From NCBI GenBank assembly GCA_004022145.1, contig RCNU01000007.1: 64,000 nucleotides of DNA, one strand, 5' to 3'. Position numbers and translations under genes: made by a program. The notes below the pieces were generated by a model. The model searched no databases. It was given only the letters and a program-made list of their open reading frames with translations, and was not told the DNA's origin. The DNA comes from Paecilomyces variotii. Taxonomy: Eukaryota. Positions 12,457 through 23,545 of this stretch are shown one piece after another (the first letter of the stretch is position 1; the number at the start of each line of letters is the position of its first letter).

Positions 12457-13337
12457 TGAGTATTCGACGTCGCACAAGTTGTATTAACCCCCTCAAATTC
12501 CCCTGTATTGAGTACGTGCTCTATTTATTTTTCATTTTGTGTGTTTTCTTTTGTCAATAATCCAGAATGATACCTCAGAACATAGCGGAATGCCTCCTCT
12601 CTCAATCTGGAATATAATATAATGATACCATAGCTCATTCATTTTCAAGACATCCCCGTTTCAATGAACCCATTCAGAATAGAGATAGCTCGGCGCTATT
12701 AGTCCTGATGCTGAGCTCCCTCGAATTGTGGTTGCTGATCTCCGTACCCAGAGGCCCATAATTCTGCTTGATATCGGGACCTCCCGGTATAGTTCGCCCA
12801 TACTTTGATATTGGTTGCAGTCCAACAGCCTCTGCAGAATCAGATATTAATGTCTATATGCTGTCGTGCAATACTTATATGATCTCTGATACAGCGCCAA
12901 GGTGCTGCCCCCCTGTTTGCAATGATGTCTATAGATAGACCTGTTCTCTTGGAACGTCAGAGCGATATCCTTTTTGGTTTTTCTTTGTGCTTTCACGTTT
13001 CCTCATGCATCCAGATGCTGCCACACACAGCTCCATGGCGGTGAACACTGTATCTATCCCTCTTGAGGATATATCAGACGGTTCAGTCGACATGGCGTCC
13101 CTCCATGGCAACACTTCTCCTGGTTACTCCCACAACAAATCTCACTCCTCGCCTTTCATCTTCCATCTCTCCATCGTCTTCCTGTCTCCCTATCCCTGGT
13201 GCCCACCTTCAACGCGTCGTATCACGTCCAAGAGTTACACACCTGATACACTCTCGTTCCTGTTCGTGAGGATATCATTCTCTCTATCCTGATAGCACTG
13301 AAACTGTTATAACCTCACTGCACGCGTCTGTCAAGTC

Positions 13338-16316
13338 ATGGACAGTGACAAGCCACAGGCCTCAACGGCCCAAGGCTCTGACGACCTGTTCCCAGGCGCG
13401 CCTGTTAACGTTCGTCTTCCCTTCATAGGTCCTAGTGCGAATGCATGGGCTCAGCAGAAGGAAAACGAGCGTCGACAGAGGATGCAACAGCAGTCTTCCC
13501 ACTACAAAGAGGAAAAAGAGAATGAGCCTCTCCATCACAAGCAGTCAAACACTGAGCGCTTTAATGATGCTGTCGCGATCCCACTCGTGGGCCCGACTAT
13601 GCCTGCATCGCAGAAGCCTGGGGCAAGGTCTTCGGGACTTGACTATGATGAAGAGCTTGCTCTTCCTATGCCAAAACCTCGTACATTGTCCAGGCCAACT
13701 CCACCTCCTCCGGTTCCCACACTCATGCAGCCTCCTACCAGGCGTGGTAGGAAGGGAAAGGATCGTTCTGTGACTGATCCTGGAAAGCCAACTGTGCCTC
13801 AGACCGTTGTCTCGATGCCAGAAATCACTTTCGAAGAAAAGAAAGTCACGGAGAAGAAGTCCAAAGTTGCAACGCTGAAGTCGAAGTTCAGTCTTAAGGA
13901 CATGATAAGGGAAAGCAACAAGGATGTCTCCAAGGCTAATACACACAACGTCAAGAAAGATACCGTCGAGCAGTCGAAGTCTTCTTTCGAATCTGAGAAG
14001 TCTGTCGACTCAACGGACGAGCCTAAGCTATACGTCCCGAAACCAAAGGAGCCAGGGGTTGTTCCCTCTTCGGCTCCCCCTACCTCAGTCCCAGATAGGT
14101 TCAGGGACTCGTACAGTTCGGCTGAAGAACCACGCATCAGAACGGTTCGCTCCACTCCAGCAGCTGCTGTTGAGTCTCTCGCTGAGGGTTCAAGAAGGGC
14201 TTCTGTTGGGAGCACTGCAAATGCAGAAACACCTCAGTCGAAGTATGTGAGTTCCCAGGAAAAGATTGAAGGTATTATCATGGGCGACCCTTCACTTTCA
14301 CCCACTCGTACGGGAACATACGCCAAAAGCGGAACCCCTGAGGTCATTGCATCGCAGTCACGCATTGTGAGTATGCAAGCTGAAGTGGAGACGCATAGAC
14401 AGGCATCTGGAGAAAGTTCAAGCTCTCAGGTACAGATGTTTGAATCGCCCATGGAGGTGTTGTACTCCCCATCGGTGTACGGTCCTTCTGGAAGCGGCGC
14501 TTGGGAACAATTGCAACATGCTCATCCGGACACTATGCCGATGTTTTCACCGGGTCATCGAGCGATAGAGCAGAACGGCTATGGTGCCTTGAGACGTGCC
14601 TCGGACATGTCGATTCCTCCCAATATTTCAACTGAACATCGTTCTGCCATCCAGAATCCTGTCAGCAGCCAGGGACGCTCTGGCAATTTGGTGATCTCTG
14701 CTCCTGGTCCTATTCCTGTTCAATATGCATCTGCGCCACAGCAATCTCAGTATCCAAACACTCCCATCGAAGACGTGTCGCTCTTTACTGGCGTGACCAG
14801 CCACGGAGGATACGCACCTCCACCGCCAGACCCAGAATATCAGAGCACGGCCAATTTGGAGCAGCAGCTCTGGACACATGCTAGCACACTTCATCACCAC
14901 ATGAACAGCATGACGACCAGACTCACCAAAGTCATTGGAGATACGCACAACTGGCACATGGATCAAGTGATGCGCAACGTCGATAACCTCGGTGATGTGG
15001 CTCGCATTCTCACGAACCGGGCAGTGGGCCATTCTCAGATCGCCGATGAGACCAAAGGTCTGCTGACTGAAGTGCGAGGAGAACTTCAAGCATTGAGAAG
15101 GGAATCAAGCATCACAGATCGTCGTCTGACAGAGACGGTCCACAATATACATCGAGAGATTGCCCCATTGCGCCAGAAGGTCGACGCGTTGTATGCTGAG
15201 TTCATGTCCCGCCCTTCAGAAGCAAAGGGGAAACAGAGAGTGCAGCGTGTGCCCAGCGCAGAGGAGATTTCAGCGCGGTTGAGTAACATATCCGTAGCCT
15301 CTCAAAGCACACGGGGCAGAAGTAATACGAGACGCAGGAAGGCGAAGGAACCATCTGCTGCCACTGAAGAGTGCCCGAGTGATGTTCCGACTCCAACGGC
15401 TGCATTTAGAACACCGAATCAAGCTGGCAGTGCAGCTGGTGATGACAATGACCAAACGGTCAAGGGAGACACGGGGAAGCAGCCTCAGGGCGTTTCTGAG
15501 GCGACCACTGGAGGGCCTGACTGGAAAGCAGGCTCATTGTGTTCTGAGTCTGACCACGCTTCTGTCTCTTCCACCCTTCCTGGTCCAGAAGTTGCCTCTT
15601 TGAGCGAGAAGAATACCAGTGCTGGTGGTGAAAAGAAGAAGAATAAGACTCCGCGGAAGAAGAACGTCTTTGGTCTTGGAAAACGACAGGACGGTGAGCA
15701 GAGCAAGCACCCCAAGACTCCCAAGCATAACGGAGTCCCGGAACAAAGTCTTCCTCAGGTTTTGTCTGAAGCTGGCACCCATTCACCTCATATTCCACAG
15801 ACCCCATCTCGCGCGTCGTTGGAATCATCTGCTGGTTCTGCCTCTCATATCAGTCCAAGCTTGGTGCACCCTGCACTCCGCAACCCCCGCCAGCAGGAGA
15901 TTATGCGTCAGAGAGAGCAACAGAACCGCCAGCAGAGACCGCGTGGACCTTACAGACGCAACCAGCAGCAGACGCAGGGCGGTTTTCAGCAGCACCACCA
16001 CCACAGCCAGCTTATCAGTCCGTCGTTCACTCCCAATCCGGCTGCTATCAACGCGTACATGAGCTATCCGCCCATGTTGAGCTCTCCGACAATACCTCCC
16101 ACGCCGGGCTATCCTCCCCCTCCTCCGCCTCCGATGCCACCGCGCAATGCTCCCGGTCCTCATTACGGACCTCCCCCTTCCCCTGCCTGGGTGACTGGCG
16201 CTCCTGCTCCCGCCATGCTGACCCCGTCTGTCTCTGAACCATGGGGTCCCTCCCACTGGTATCAGGAGGCGTACGGTGGCGAGCGTGCTGGCAGCAACCA
16301 GTCGTATCAGAAGTGA
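13338..16316 (+). CDS. Uncharacterised 992-aa low-complexity protein with central helical/coiled-coil segment and Pro/Gln-rich C-terminus
   Basis: Single uninterrupted 3-kb ORF. Ordered-looking segment LEQQLWTHASTLHHHMNSMTTRLTKVIGDTHNWHMDQVMRNVD...LRQKVDAL; basic KKKNKTPRKK motif. Confidence 0.8.
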   Translation: MDSDKPQASTAQGSDDLFPGAPVNVRLPFIGPSANAWAQQKENERRQRMQQQSSHYKEEKENEPLHHKQSNTERFNDAVAIPLVGPTMPASQKPGARSSGLDYDEELALPMPKPRTLSRPTPPPPVPTLMQPPTRRGRKGKDRSVTDPGKPTVPQTVVSMPEITFEEKKVTEKKSKVATLKSKFSLKDMIRESNKDVSKANTHNVKKDTVEQSKSSFESEKSVDSTDEPKLYVPKPKEPGVVPSSAPPTSVPDRFRDSYSSAEEPRIRTVRSTPAAAVESLAEGSRRASVGSTANAETPQSKYVSSQEKIEGIIMGDPSLSPTRTGTYAKSGTPEVIASQSRIVSMQAEVETHRQASGESSSSQVQMFESPMEVLYSPSVYGPSGSGAWEQLQHAHPDTMPMFSPGHRAIEQNGYGALRRASDMSIPPNISTEHRSAIQNPVSSQGRSGNLVISAPGPIPVQYASAPQQSQYPNTPIEDVSLFTGVTSHGGYAPPPPDPEYQSTANLEQQLWTHASTLHHHMNSMTTRLTKVIGDTHNWHMDQVMRNVDNLGDVARILTNRAVGHSQIADETKGLLTEVRGELQALRRESSITDRRLTETVHNIHREIAPLRQKVDALYAEFMSRPSEAKGKQRVQRVPSAEEISARLSNISVASQSTRGRSNTRRRKAKEPSAATEECPSDVPTPTAAFRTPNQAGSAAGDDNDQTVKGDTGKQPQGVSEATTGGPDWKAGSLCSESDHASVSSTLPGPEVASLSEKNTSAGGEKKKNKTPRKKNVFGLGKRQDGEQSKHPKTPKHNGVPEQSLPQVLSEAGTHSPHIPQTPSRASLESSAGSASHISPSLVHPALRNPRQQEIMRQREQQNRQQRPRGPYRRNQQQTQGGFQQHHHHSQLISPSFTPNPAAINAYMSYPPMLSSPTIPPTPGYPPPPPPPMPPRNAPGPHYGPPPSPAWVTGAPAPAMLTPSVSEPWGPSHWYQEAYGGERAGSNQSYQK

Positions 16317-16398
16317 TACGACTGGCGTGAAAACGCTCATTCACTTGTAACGAGTCTCCTTGGTCTCTAGTCCCGTTTTGTTTCCCCCCTTCTTAATG

Positions 16399-16428
<30 letters not shown>
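16399..16428 (+). repeat. Poly(A)30 tract
   Basis: 30 consecutive A between two convergent genes. Confidence 0.9.
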
Positions 16429-16430
<2 letters not shown>

Positions 16431-16863
16431 AATGAATCTGCTTGGTCTTTGTTGTGTTTGTTCACCATGGCGTTGGCCACATCTAATCTTCTGGAGGACC
16501 CCAGGGGCAGATTGGACTTCTGGTTTGTCTCCCGCTGGGTGCTTTTCCTTGGTTCCCTCCTGTTGGTCGTTGTTTCGAGTCTCTTTGGTTTTAAATCCTG
16601 TATGTTAGATGTAATGGAATTGCCTATTTTTATGTACTAGTAAAAGTGATGGTGCCCTCCTGGTAGTCATATGGTTCGGATATTTGTCTAGGATTAAAGG
16701 ATCTAAAGATCGATGAAAAGAGAATTGAACGAAGAGCCCGGGTATCTTTACTACATTTCAGGGTAGTAATGGTACGTACAAGAAAGATTGTTCGATCCTC
16801 GAGCACGAGAGGATCCTATTTTGGTAACGGAAAGAAAAATCAACAGTAATATTGAAAGGCTAA

Positions 16864-18924
16864 TCATTTCACCCCTGCGATCATCTTTTCAACATCCAGC
16901 GCGGCCTCCCTCACCTGAGGACAGTAGTGAATCCTCAGTAATTCACCTTCCCAGACGGTAGCAGCGAATACGTTGCTCTGTTCCACGTCCGGAGCAAGGG
17001 GTTTGAAGACTCCGTCGCCTTTCCGCTCCTCGGTGTTCCACAAGGGAGCTATCTTGCGTCCATGATGTTTAGTGACATTCGTCAGAAGTGAGAGAGCCGC
17101 GAGGGAAGACTTCTCTGGCAGCTGAAGAGATGCAGTCATCAGACGTTTGGAGAAACCGGCAAGGCGGATAGGAGGGGGCATGCCGTGGGAGCGGGATAAC
17201 AGGATCGAATTCAAACAGCGAAGGAGAAGTACGGTCGGAGTCTGGAAATTCACTTTGGTTCTCCGCTTCTGTCCCAGTTCAGATGGATCCCTCTGGGACT
17301 CTCTCGAACCGGGGTCGGGTAGCCGCAGGGATACACTGGGGTTGAACTCAATGTCGGGATGTGTCGAGAGAGGATACAAGGCGCGATAAATATGTGTGAT
17401 GAAGAAGCTGAGATCAAGGTGTAGTGACGCAGCAGCTTTGCTTGCGTCCTGTCCTTCTAGAAGTGCAAAGGCAGTGATCGTGCAGAGAAGGGTCTCACGG
17501 AGAGCATTCCGAGTGGTGGGAACATCGGTATCCTGGGATTCGTCTTCTTCTTCCTCCTCGCCTTTACCGACCTCAGCTTGTGCTATCAGTTCTTTGAGAG
17601 CCTCAAGCAGGTCACCAAAGAAGTCCTGGTTGATCAGATGAGCGTACTTTGCGAGACCCTCTAGCACAGCTCCCATGAGGTTTGGAATGCGCTGCTTCAG
17701 GATGCGGAAATAGACACCGAATACAAGCTTCAAGGTTTCCGCCTGGTTTTTGTCCCTCTGTTCATGGCTGACAAGGGCATCCGCTTCCTTCATATCCTTT
17801 TCCACCGCCTTGCGCTCTTTTAGCAATTTGCGCTGCTTCTTGTTCCTGAACTCTTTCTTTTCCTTCTTCTTGCCTCGCACAGGCTCCTCCTCAGCTTCGT
17901 GCGTGATGCGATCCCTCGAGCCCTTGGCCGAAAATTCAGACAGCAACCGGAGATGAAGAAAGGTATCCAAAACGCTTTCGTGAATTCTGAATTCTTTAGC
18001 TTTCATCATCTTCGAAAGAAGACCGACAGCTTCGAGGGAGACCATCCCATCGCTGTCTTTCTCAAATATCTCCTCCATGGTCTCTCGACACTTAATGAAG
18101 TCAGCATCGACCGGCCTCTTCGCGAGCCGGTTGACGAGAATCTTCAACAACTCTCCTCGAAAGTTGAAATGCGGAACAGCAAGTAGAAGGCTACAGGCAC
18201 AGTTGATGGCGACAGTTTTCAGGCCGGGATCAACCTCTTGCTGTTGTCCTTTCTGTCTTCCTGCGAAGGACGCTAGGTGCTGGACGTAGCTCTTGTAACC
18301 GGAGAGCAACGCCTGCTCGTAGTTACGCACCTTCCGTATCTCCTTTGAGATCTTCGCAGACATGTCTTCCTCACTCAGAGGGCGAATCCTGTATCCGGGA
18401 ATCACATCCCTGTAGATTGCAGCCTGCGCAGCAAGAGCTAGCTTTTTAATCGTCGTGTGGGAGGCGTTGTCCACCATATCGGTCAGCTTCTTGAAGGAGC
18501 TGACGTGCTCCTCAGGGTCTTCATTGATCAACCCAGCCAATCTCGCAAGCTCTTCCTTCGTTTGTATAATCTGAAGCTTCAGGGGAATCTTTGGCAGCTC
18601 AGGGACCTTTTCAGGCTCGGGCTCCGCAGTCGCGGCCTGCACATCTCCATCCTCGTCGCTGTCAAAAAAACTGTCCGAGTCCTCTTCCGGCGCTTCAGTC
18701 TTTACATGCTCGATGGAGCCTTCCGCAGTCTTGATGGGCAATCGCGATTGCTCTTTATCTTTCTTCGCCTTGCGTGGTCGTCGTTCGTAGTCTTGTTCAA
18801 GATCCCACTCCGCAGCTCGACTGTAGAAGTCGTTCACTGATGCCTTTTTGGAATTTTGTTTTGACGACACTTCATCATCCGGTGGACTCAAGCGTCTCCG
18901 CTTGACTGTCCGGCCTGGCGCCAT
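16864..18924 (-). CDS. noc3: Nucleolar complex-associated protein 3 (Noc3; CBF/Mak21 family)
   Basis: 686-aa ORF with RLPIKTAEG, EDPEEH, IYRDVIPGYRIRPL, PHFNFR, LEGLAKYAHLINQDFFGDLLEALK, WEGELLRIHYCPQVR. Confidence 0.93.
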   Translation of the reverse strand: MAPGRTVKRRRLSPPDDEVSSKQNSKKASVNDFYSRAAEWDLEQDYERRPRKAKKDKEQSRLPIKTAEGSIEHVKTEAPEEDSDSFFDSDEDGDVQAATAEPEPEKVPELPKIPLKLQIIQTKEELARLAGLINEDPEEHVSSFKKLTDMVDNASHTTIKKLALAAQAAIYRDVIPGYRIRPLSEEDMSAKISKEIRKVRNYEQALLSGYKSYVQHLASFAGRQKGQQQEVDPGLKTVAINCACSLLLAVPHFNFRGELLKILVNRLAKRPVDADFIKCRETMEEIFEKDSDGMVSLEAVGLLSKMMKAKEFRIHESVLDTFLHLRLLSEFSAKGSRDRITHEAEEEPVRGKKKEKKEFRNKKQRKLLKERKAVEKDMKEADALVSHEQRDKNQAETLKLVFGVYFRILKQRIPNLMGAVLEGLAKYAHLINQDFFGDLLEALKELIAQAEVGKGEEEEEDESQDTDVPTTRNALRETLLCTITAFALLEGQDASKAAASLHLDLSFFITHIYRALYPLSTHPDIEFNPSVSLRLPDPGSRESQRDPSELGQKRRTKVNFQTPTVLLLRCLNSILLSRSHGMPPPIRLAGFSKRLMTASLQLPEKSSLAALSLLTNVTKHHGRKIAPLWNTEERKGDGVFKPLAPDVEQSNVFAATVWEGELLRIHYCPQVREAALDVEKMIAGVK

Positions 18925-19123
18925 TTTGCGTGTGTTTGGGGATTGTCGAGGGGTGTGCTTGATGATGAACCATCTGCTGGTCTCCGAACTTTTTTTCGGT
19001 CTCGCCGTGCGGGAAACGCCAAGATTTCACGCTAAGCGGATCTTTTGCTCCACCGCCTAGATTTTTATCTCGCGGAGCTTCATATTGATAACTGCGCCTA
19101 TTCATTCCTGCGATCAAGCCAAA

Positions 19124-19798
19124 ATGCGTCCGCTTACAGAGGAAGAGACAAAAACACTGTTTTCGAAGCTTGCCAACTACACTGGCCGCTCCTTGAACAA
19201 CCTCATTGCGCCTTCAGCTGGGTCCGACGAAGCTGAAGCAAATGACCGCTACGTTTTCCGTCTGCACGGCTCCAGAGTGTACTATGTTCGCCTACAGATA
19301 GCAAACCTCGCGACCTCGATCCCCCGTGCGAACCTCCTGACGCTCGGAACCTGCATCGGCAAATTCACCAAGACCGGCAAGTTCAGAATCCACATCACCG
19401 CTCTGGATGTGATCGCGCCGCATGCGAGATACAAGGTCTGGATCAAGCCCAACGGAGAGATGCCGTTCCTTTATGGAGGCAACATTGTCAAGGCACATGT
19501 TGGCCGATGGAGCGAGGACTGTCCGGAGCACCAGGGTGTGGTTGTGATGTCTATGGATGATACCCCTCTCGTACGACTAATTTTCCCATGTTCTTTTCAG
19601 GCAATTACTGACCAGATACCAGGGCTTTGGAGTAACTGCTCGATCGACCGCCGAAGCACGCAGACTTGAACCCACTGCGATCACAGTTTTCAGACAAGCA
19701 GATGCCGGAGAGTACCTGAGAGAGGTATGTGCTTTCGTTTGCGGCTGGCATATAACTTTACTAATACCGTCTAGGAGGACAACCTCTTCGCCACATAG
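19124..19798 (+). CDS. nip7: 60S ribosome biogenesis protein Nip7 (PUA domain)
   Basis: MRPLTEEETKTLFSKLANYTG...GTCIGKFTKTGKFRIHITALD...KPNGEMPFLYG...FRQADAGEYLREEDNLF. Exons 19124-19570, 19623-19724, 19775-19798. Confidence 0.95.
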
Positions 19799-20531
19799 CG
19801 ACTCCCGGTCTATTCTTAAACAATCCAAAATACGGCGTTCGCATATTTGGCAGTGTGGAGTTCTGGGAGTGTCTTTTATCTGGCTAGACCTCGGCTTCAG
19901 CTCGAGAAAAAGTTTTGACGATTTGTCCCATATTTGGTCCTGATGCACATATGCATCTTGTCTGATATCCAATGTCAGAGTTACATACCCATAATAGACA
20001 GATTTTCGCAGGAATTGTCTCAAGAGGATTTGACCAGTAGCGCTGATCTGTAGCTACACAATTGTAAAAATTCCGCTAGTATCGATCTCTCAAACATAAG
20101 CTGTATGGTACCCAAAAACAGCTTCACAGGAACAAGTCTTCAGCATAGTCACTTGATGTGTTCTCAGCGGAGACAGTGCTCCATTGACTTGAGTCCTTCT
20201 GAGAAATTGCCCTTTCCCAGTAAAGCATCGTTCTACTTCCTATAAAACAAAAAGGTATGAGCCCATAAAGTCACCTGACCAAGTACACGTGAGCGCGGTG
20301 GGCCGATCTTGGCGGGATGGGCAGTAGCAGCATCATTTGTAACCGCATACAGAAACACAACCTTGTTGTCGCGCAATCAGCACCAGCAGACACTTATTAG
20401 CGGAAACTTCTCTCCCTGATATTCTCCTTTGTCCACATTACACCTAGTATTCGATCCCACACTCTCATTGTTTTATTTCCAGTTTTCAACTCTTCTCAAC
20501 GCGGGCTTTGCGGGCCGACATTTGTCCCACC

Positions 20532-22443
20532 ATGCCCGCATATACCACTTCCCAAAAACAATATATTGCGCAATTTGTGAACTTTACCCAGGCGAAGGAT
20601 GCTACTGCTGCAAAGGTATTTAAAACATCTAGCTACCGCATATATTTGCAATATTTTCGAATACGACTTGCTTCGGCAAGTCCTCGTTCAAATCACAATA
20701 CAGAACAATGACATCTATCACAGACACTAACCGGTTCTAGTTCCTCAGAGCACACGGGTGGAAAGTAGACGAAGCAGTTGATGCGTACGTACTCTCATTT
20801 CATTTTTTTCCCCTGCTGCTTCCCTGGCATATCTGCTGTTTCTTGTTGCGATGCCCATTTGCATTTCATCTCCTTCTTTTCCGGGACTAGATTATCGATA
20901 AGGAGGCTCGACCATCCTAGTGGCTAGAACTCCAGGCTCAGTTATATGATGTTCAGCGCGATGTTTATGACTGCAAAGCTGCGATGGAATTGAAAATCAA
21001 GCTTCGTGGCTCGAGATAACCTCGAGGTCTCATACTATACAGGGGTGCCATGTACTCTGGGATACATTACCCCGTGGACCATCTATAGTCTGCAAGCACT
21101 TCGACTCTGCCCACCCAATCACCTCAGGAGATCACATCTTTTTTCTTGGACGTACGATATCTACGACTCCTTTATTTCCTGTCGGACAAGGACCGGTGCG
21201 ACTGTAGCACCTCAAAGGCTACTGTATGAGCCCAAGACACATCCATCATGTCCGAAATAATCTCCAGTGCCTGAATTGCAATTTTCAGAGCGATGGCTAT
21301 GTCTCCTATGGAGTATTAGGACATCGAAGCAGTGAGGACACTTGTTCCAATTACCAGGATGCGTCTGAGCATTGAACCCTTGACACCAGAGCCTCTCTCA
21401 TAGCAAGGGGCGCAAAGCTCCACGGCTCTGATGTCTAGAGGCAGGCACAGTCTGTTCATCTATCTTTCGAGCCGCACAGTTTTTTTTCAGCGTTCGAGAC
21501 GACTACTTTGCTTCCTTTCCATATTTTAAAGTCCCATTGCACTTTCCCCTGGCACTATCATTTAGTCATTCCATTGTCAACATTGTCAAGGATCTTTTAG
21601 CTCCAATCAGACCTAACAATATGATTGCAGTTATTTTCAGAGTCCGGCCGGAGCAAGTGCCGCTGGCAATACAGCTGCCCTGAACAAGATCTTTGACAGT
21701 TACCGAGGTTTGACTACCCTGGACACGAAATGGCCTTCTATTGTTGCTTACATGATTATAGATGCTCCCGAAGAGAACCCAGACAGCATCGGTATTGAAG
21801 GCGCCATGAAATATCTCGGCGATATCCAAGTCGATTTGGACGAGGTGTGCTGTTTTGGTATCGCAGAGCTCTTGAAGTCACCTTCCATGGGTGAATTCAC
21901 ACGAGAAGGTTTCATAGAAGGCTGGCGGACTGCTGGGTAGGCCCCCTTTTCATCTCCAAGATGAGTCCCCGAATAGCATACAAGCGGAAGCTAATGGACG
22001 GAGACAGGTGTGACTCCATTCCCAAGATGATCGCCCATGCTGCCACACTCCGCACTCGCATCACCTCTCAGCCCGATGTTTTCCGTCGGGTTTACCGCTA
22101 CGCTTTCCCTCTTAGTAGACTTCCCGGTCAGCGCAGCCTACAGCTCGAAATCGCGACAGAGCAGTGGCGTCTTTTCTTCACCCCGGACAAGGGAGGTATT
22201 CAGTGGAACACTCCGAATACGCCCTGGCTTGACTGGTGGATTGAGTACATGGAAGGGAAAGTGAAGAGGCCCGTCAATAAGGATCTCTGGGAGCAGGTCG
22301 AAGTCTTCATGCGGAAGACGACAGAGGATGAGAACTTTGGCTGGTGGAGCGCCGATGGAGCTTGGCCCGGTGCTCTGGACGAGTTCGTCGCATACGTCCA
22401 GGCAAAGAGAGGAAAGGGTTCAGAAGCCATGGAGGTCGAGTAG
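20532..22443 (+). CDS. dcn1: Defective in cullin neddylation protein 1 (UBA-like + PONY/DCUN1 domain)
   Basis: Exons 20532-20615, 20741-20784, 21631-21707, 21762-21936, 22008-22443. Motifs [67 protein letters not shown]. Confidence 0.93.
20925..21481 (+). ncRNA. Candidate long intronic box H/ACA-like structured RNA in dcn1 intron 2
   Basis: 5' hairpin (cagttat 20939-45 / atgactg 20967-73), ANANNA box AAATCA at 20994-99, closing stem gtggctcgagata 21006-18 / tatctttcgagccgc 21461-75 immediately followed by ACA at 21476-78. Several internal stems. Read by eye only. Confidence 0.5.
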
Positions 22444-23545
22444 GATGTGTAGACCACGGAGCTCATTACATATACCGTCCGGAAAATCTCTCACACGTTC
22501 TCCTTGTCGCCCCTTTATTGGAAACCCTCCATGTCCGGCATTAGGTGGGCAGATGAACGCCGCTATGTTTCAGTCTGAAATATGTCACGAGAGAGAGAGA
22601 GAACGAGTATAACTCAACAGCCTTCCATCTCACCGTTGCATATGTCCAACTATCAGCAGCAGAAGTAGAAATACGATGCATGAATGAACGTATGATACTA
22701 CGCTTCCAATAATATGTAGCACACCTCCTAAAACTCAATTAACTCAACCCACTAAATAACAGATCATCAAATCAATCATCACCATTATAATACGAAAAAT
22801 CCAATCCAATACCTACTTACATCCGAGGATGAAAAGATGAATCAACAGATATCAGACGAAGAAGCGTATCATATTTACACGTTTGATTAGTTAGTTAAGG
22901 GTCCTATGTATAAAAGTATGGTATGGGGCTGTAGGCTGTAGTTACATATTACTAAATTGTGGGGATGGGGGAGTCGGGGGAGTCGGGTGGTTCCATGGAA
23001 CAACCGCGGAGGAATGTTTATGAGACGGGATGTTTTCCCGGAGGGGGAGGAGAGGATGGGATATTTCCCGAGGCTCGGGGATAATAGCATACGGTGCACG
23101 CATTTAGGTGTAGGTGGCTGATGAGTTGGATTTGGCGGATCATTTTTTGTTCATTCCTATACATCCAATTGATACCGCTAGAGAAAAAGAGACATATTGA
23201 AATCAAATCAAACAGGAAGGTACAAATATGACCGAGACACAAGTAAAGCATATCTCTAGACGGAATAGAAGTATAAACATAAACATCGCGGAATCCATTG
23301 GATCATCTCAAGACCAGAGTCAAACAAGATGGCTCGTGAGGATTGGAAACAGATCATCGTATTAGACATCAATAAAAGTTAACTCGTCATCGCTTTCGCT
23401 CACTAGCTGTAAGGACACGGCAGTGAGGTTAGTAATCGCTCTGGATATTTCGCAATAGCATCTGATTTTCGCATTGCAAACGTAAGAGTGTCCATGTCTG
23501 ACCCTCGAGCTGAGGTCTGTCCTAGTATATTCTTGAAGGAAACCT

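Noticed and set aside
16399-16428. Poly(A)30 as a retroposed insertion tail
   Set aside because: No convincing TSD or upstream element body; homopolymer runs are common in this window.
20785-21630. Identity of the intronic RNA as snR30/U17, U14, U3, RNase P/MRP or telomerase RNA
   Set aside because: Their hallmark motifs (AUAUUCCUA/AAACCAU, domain A, box A, P4 strands, CCCTAA template) were not found by eye.
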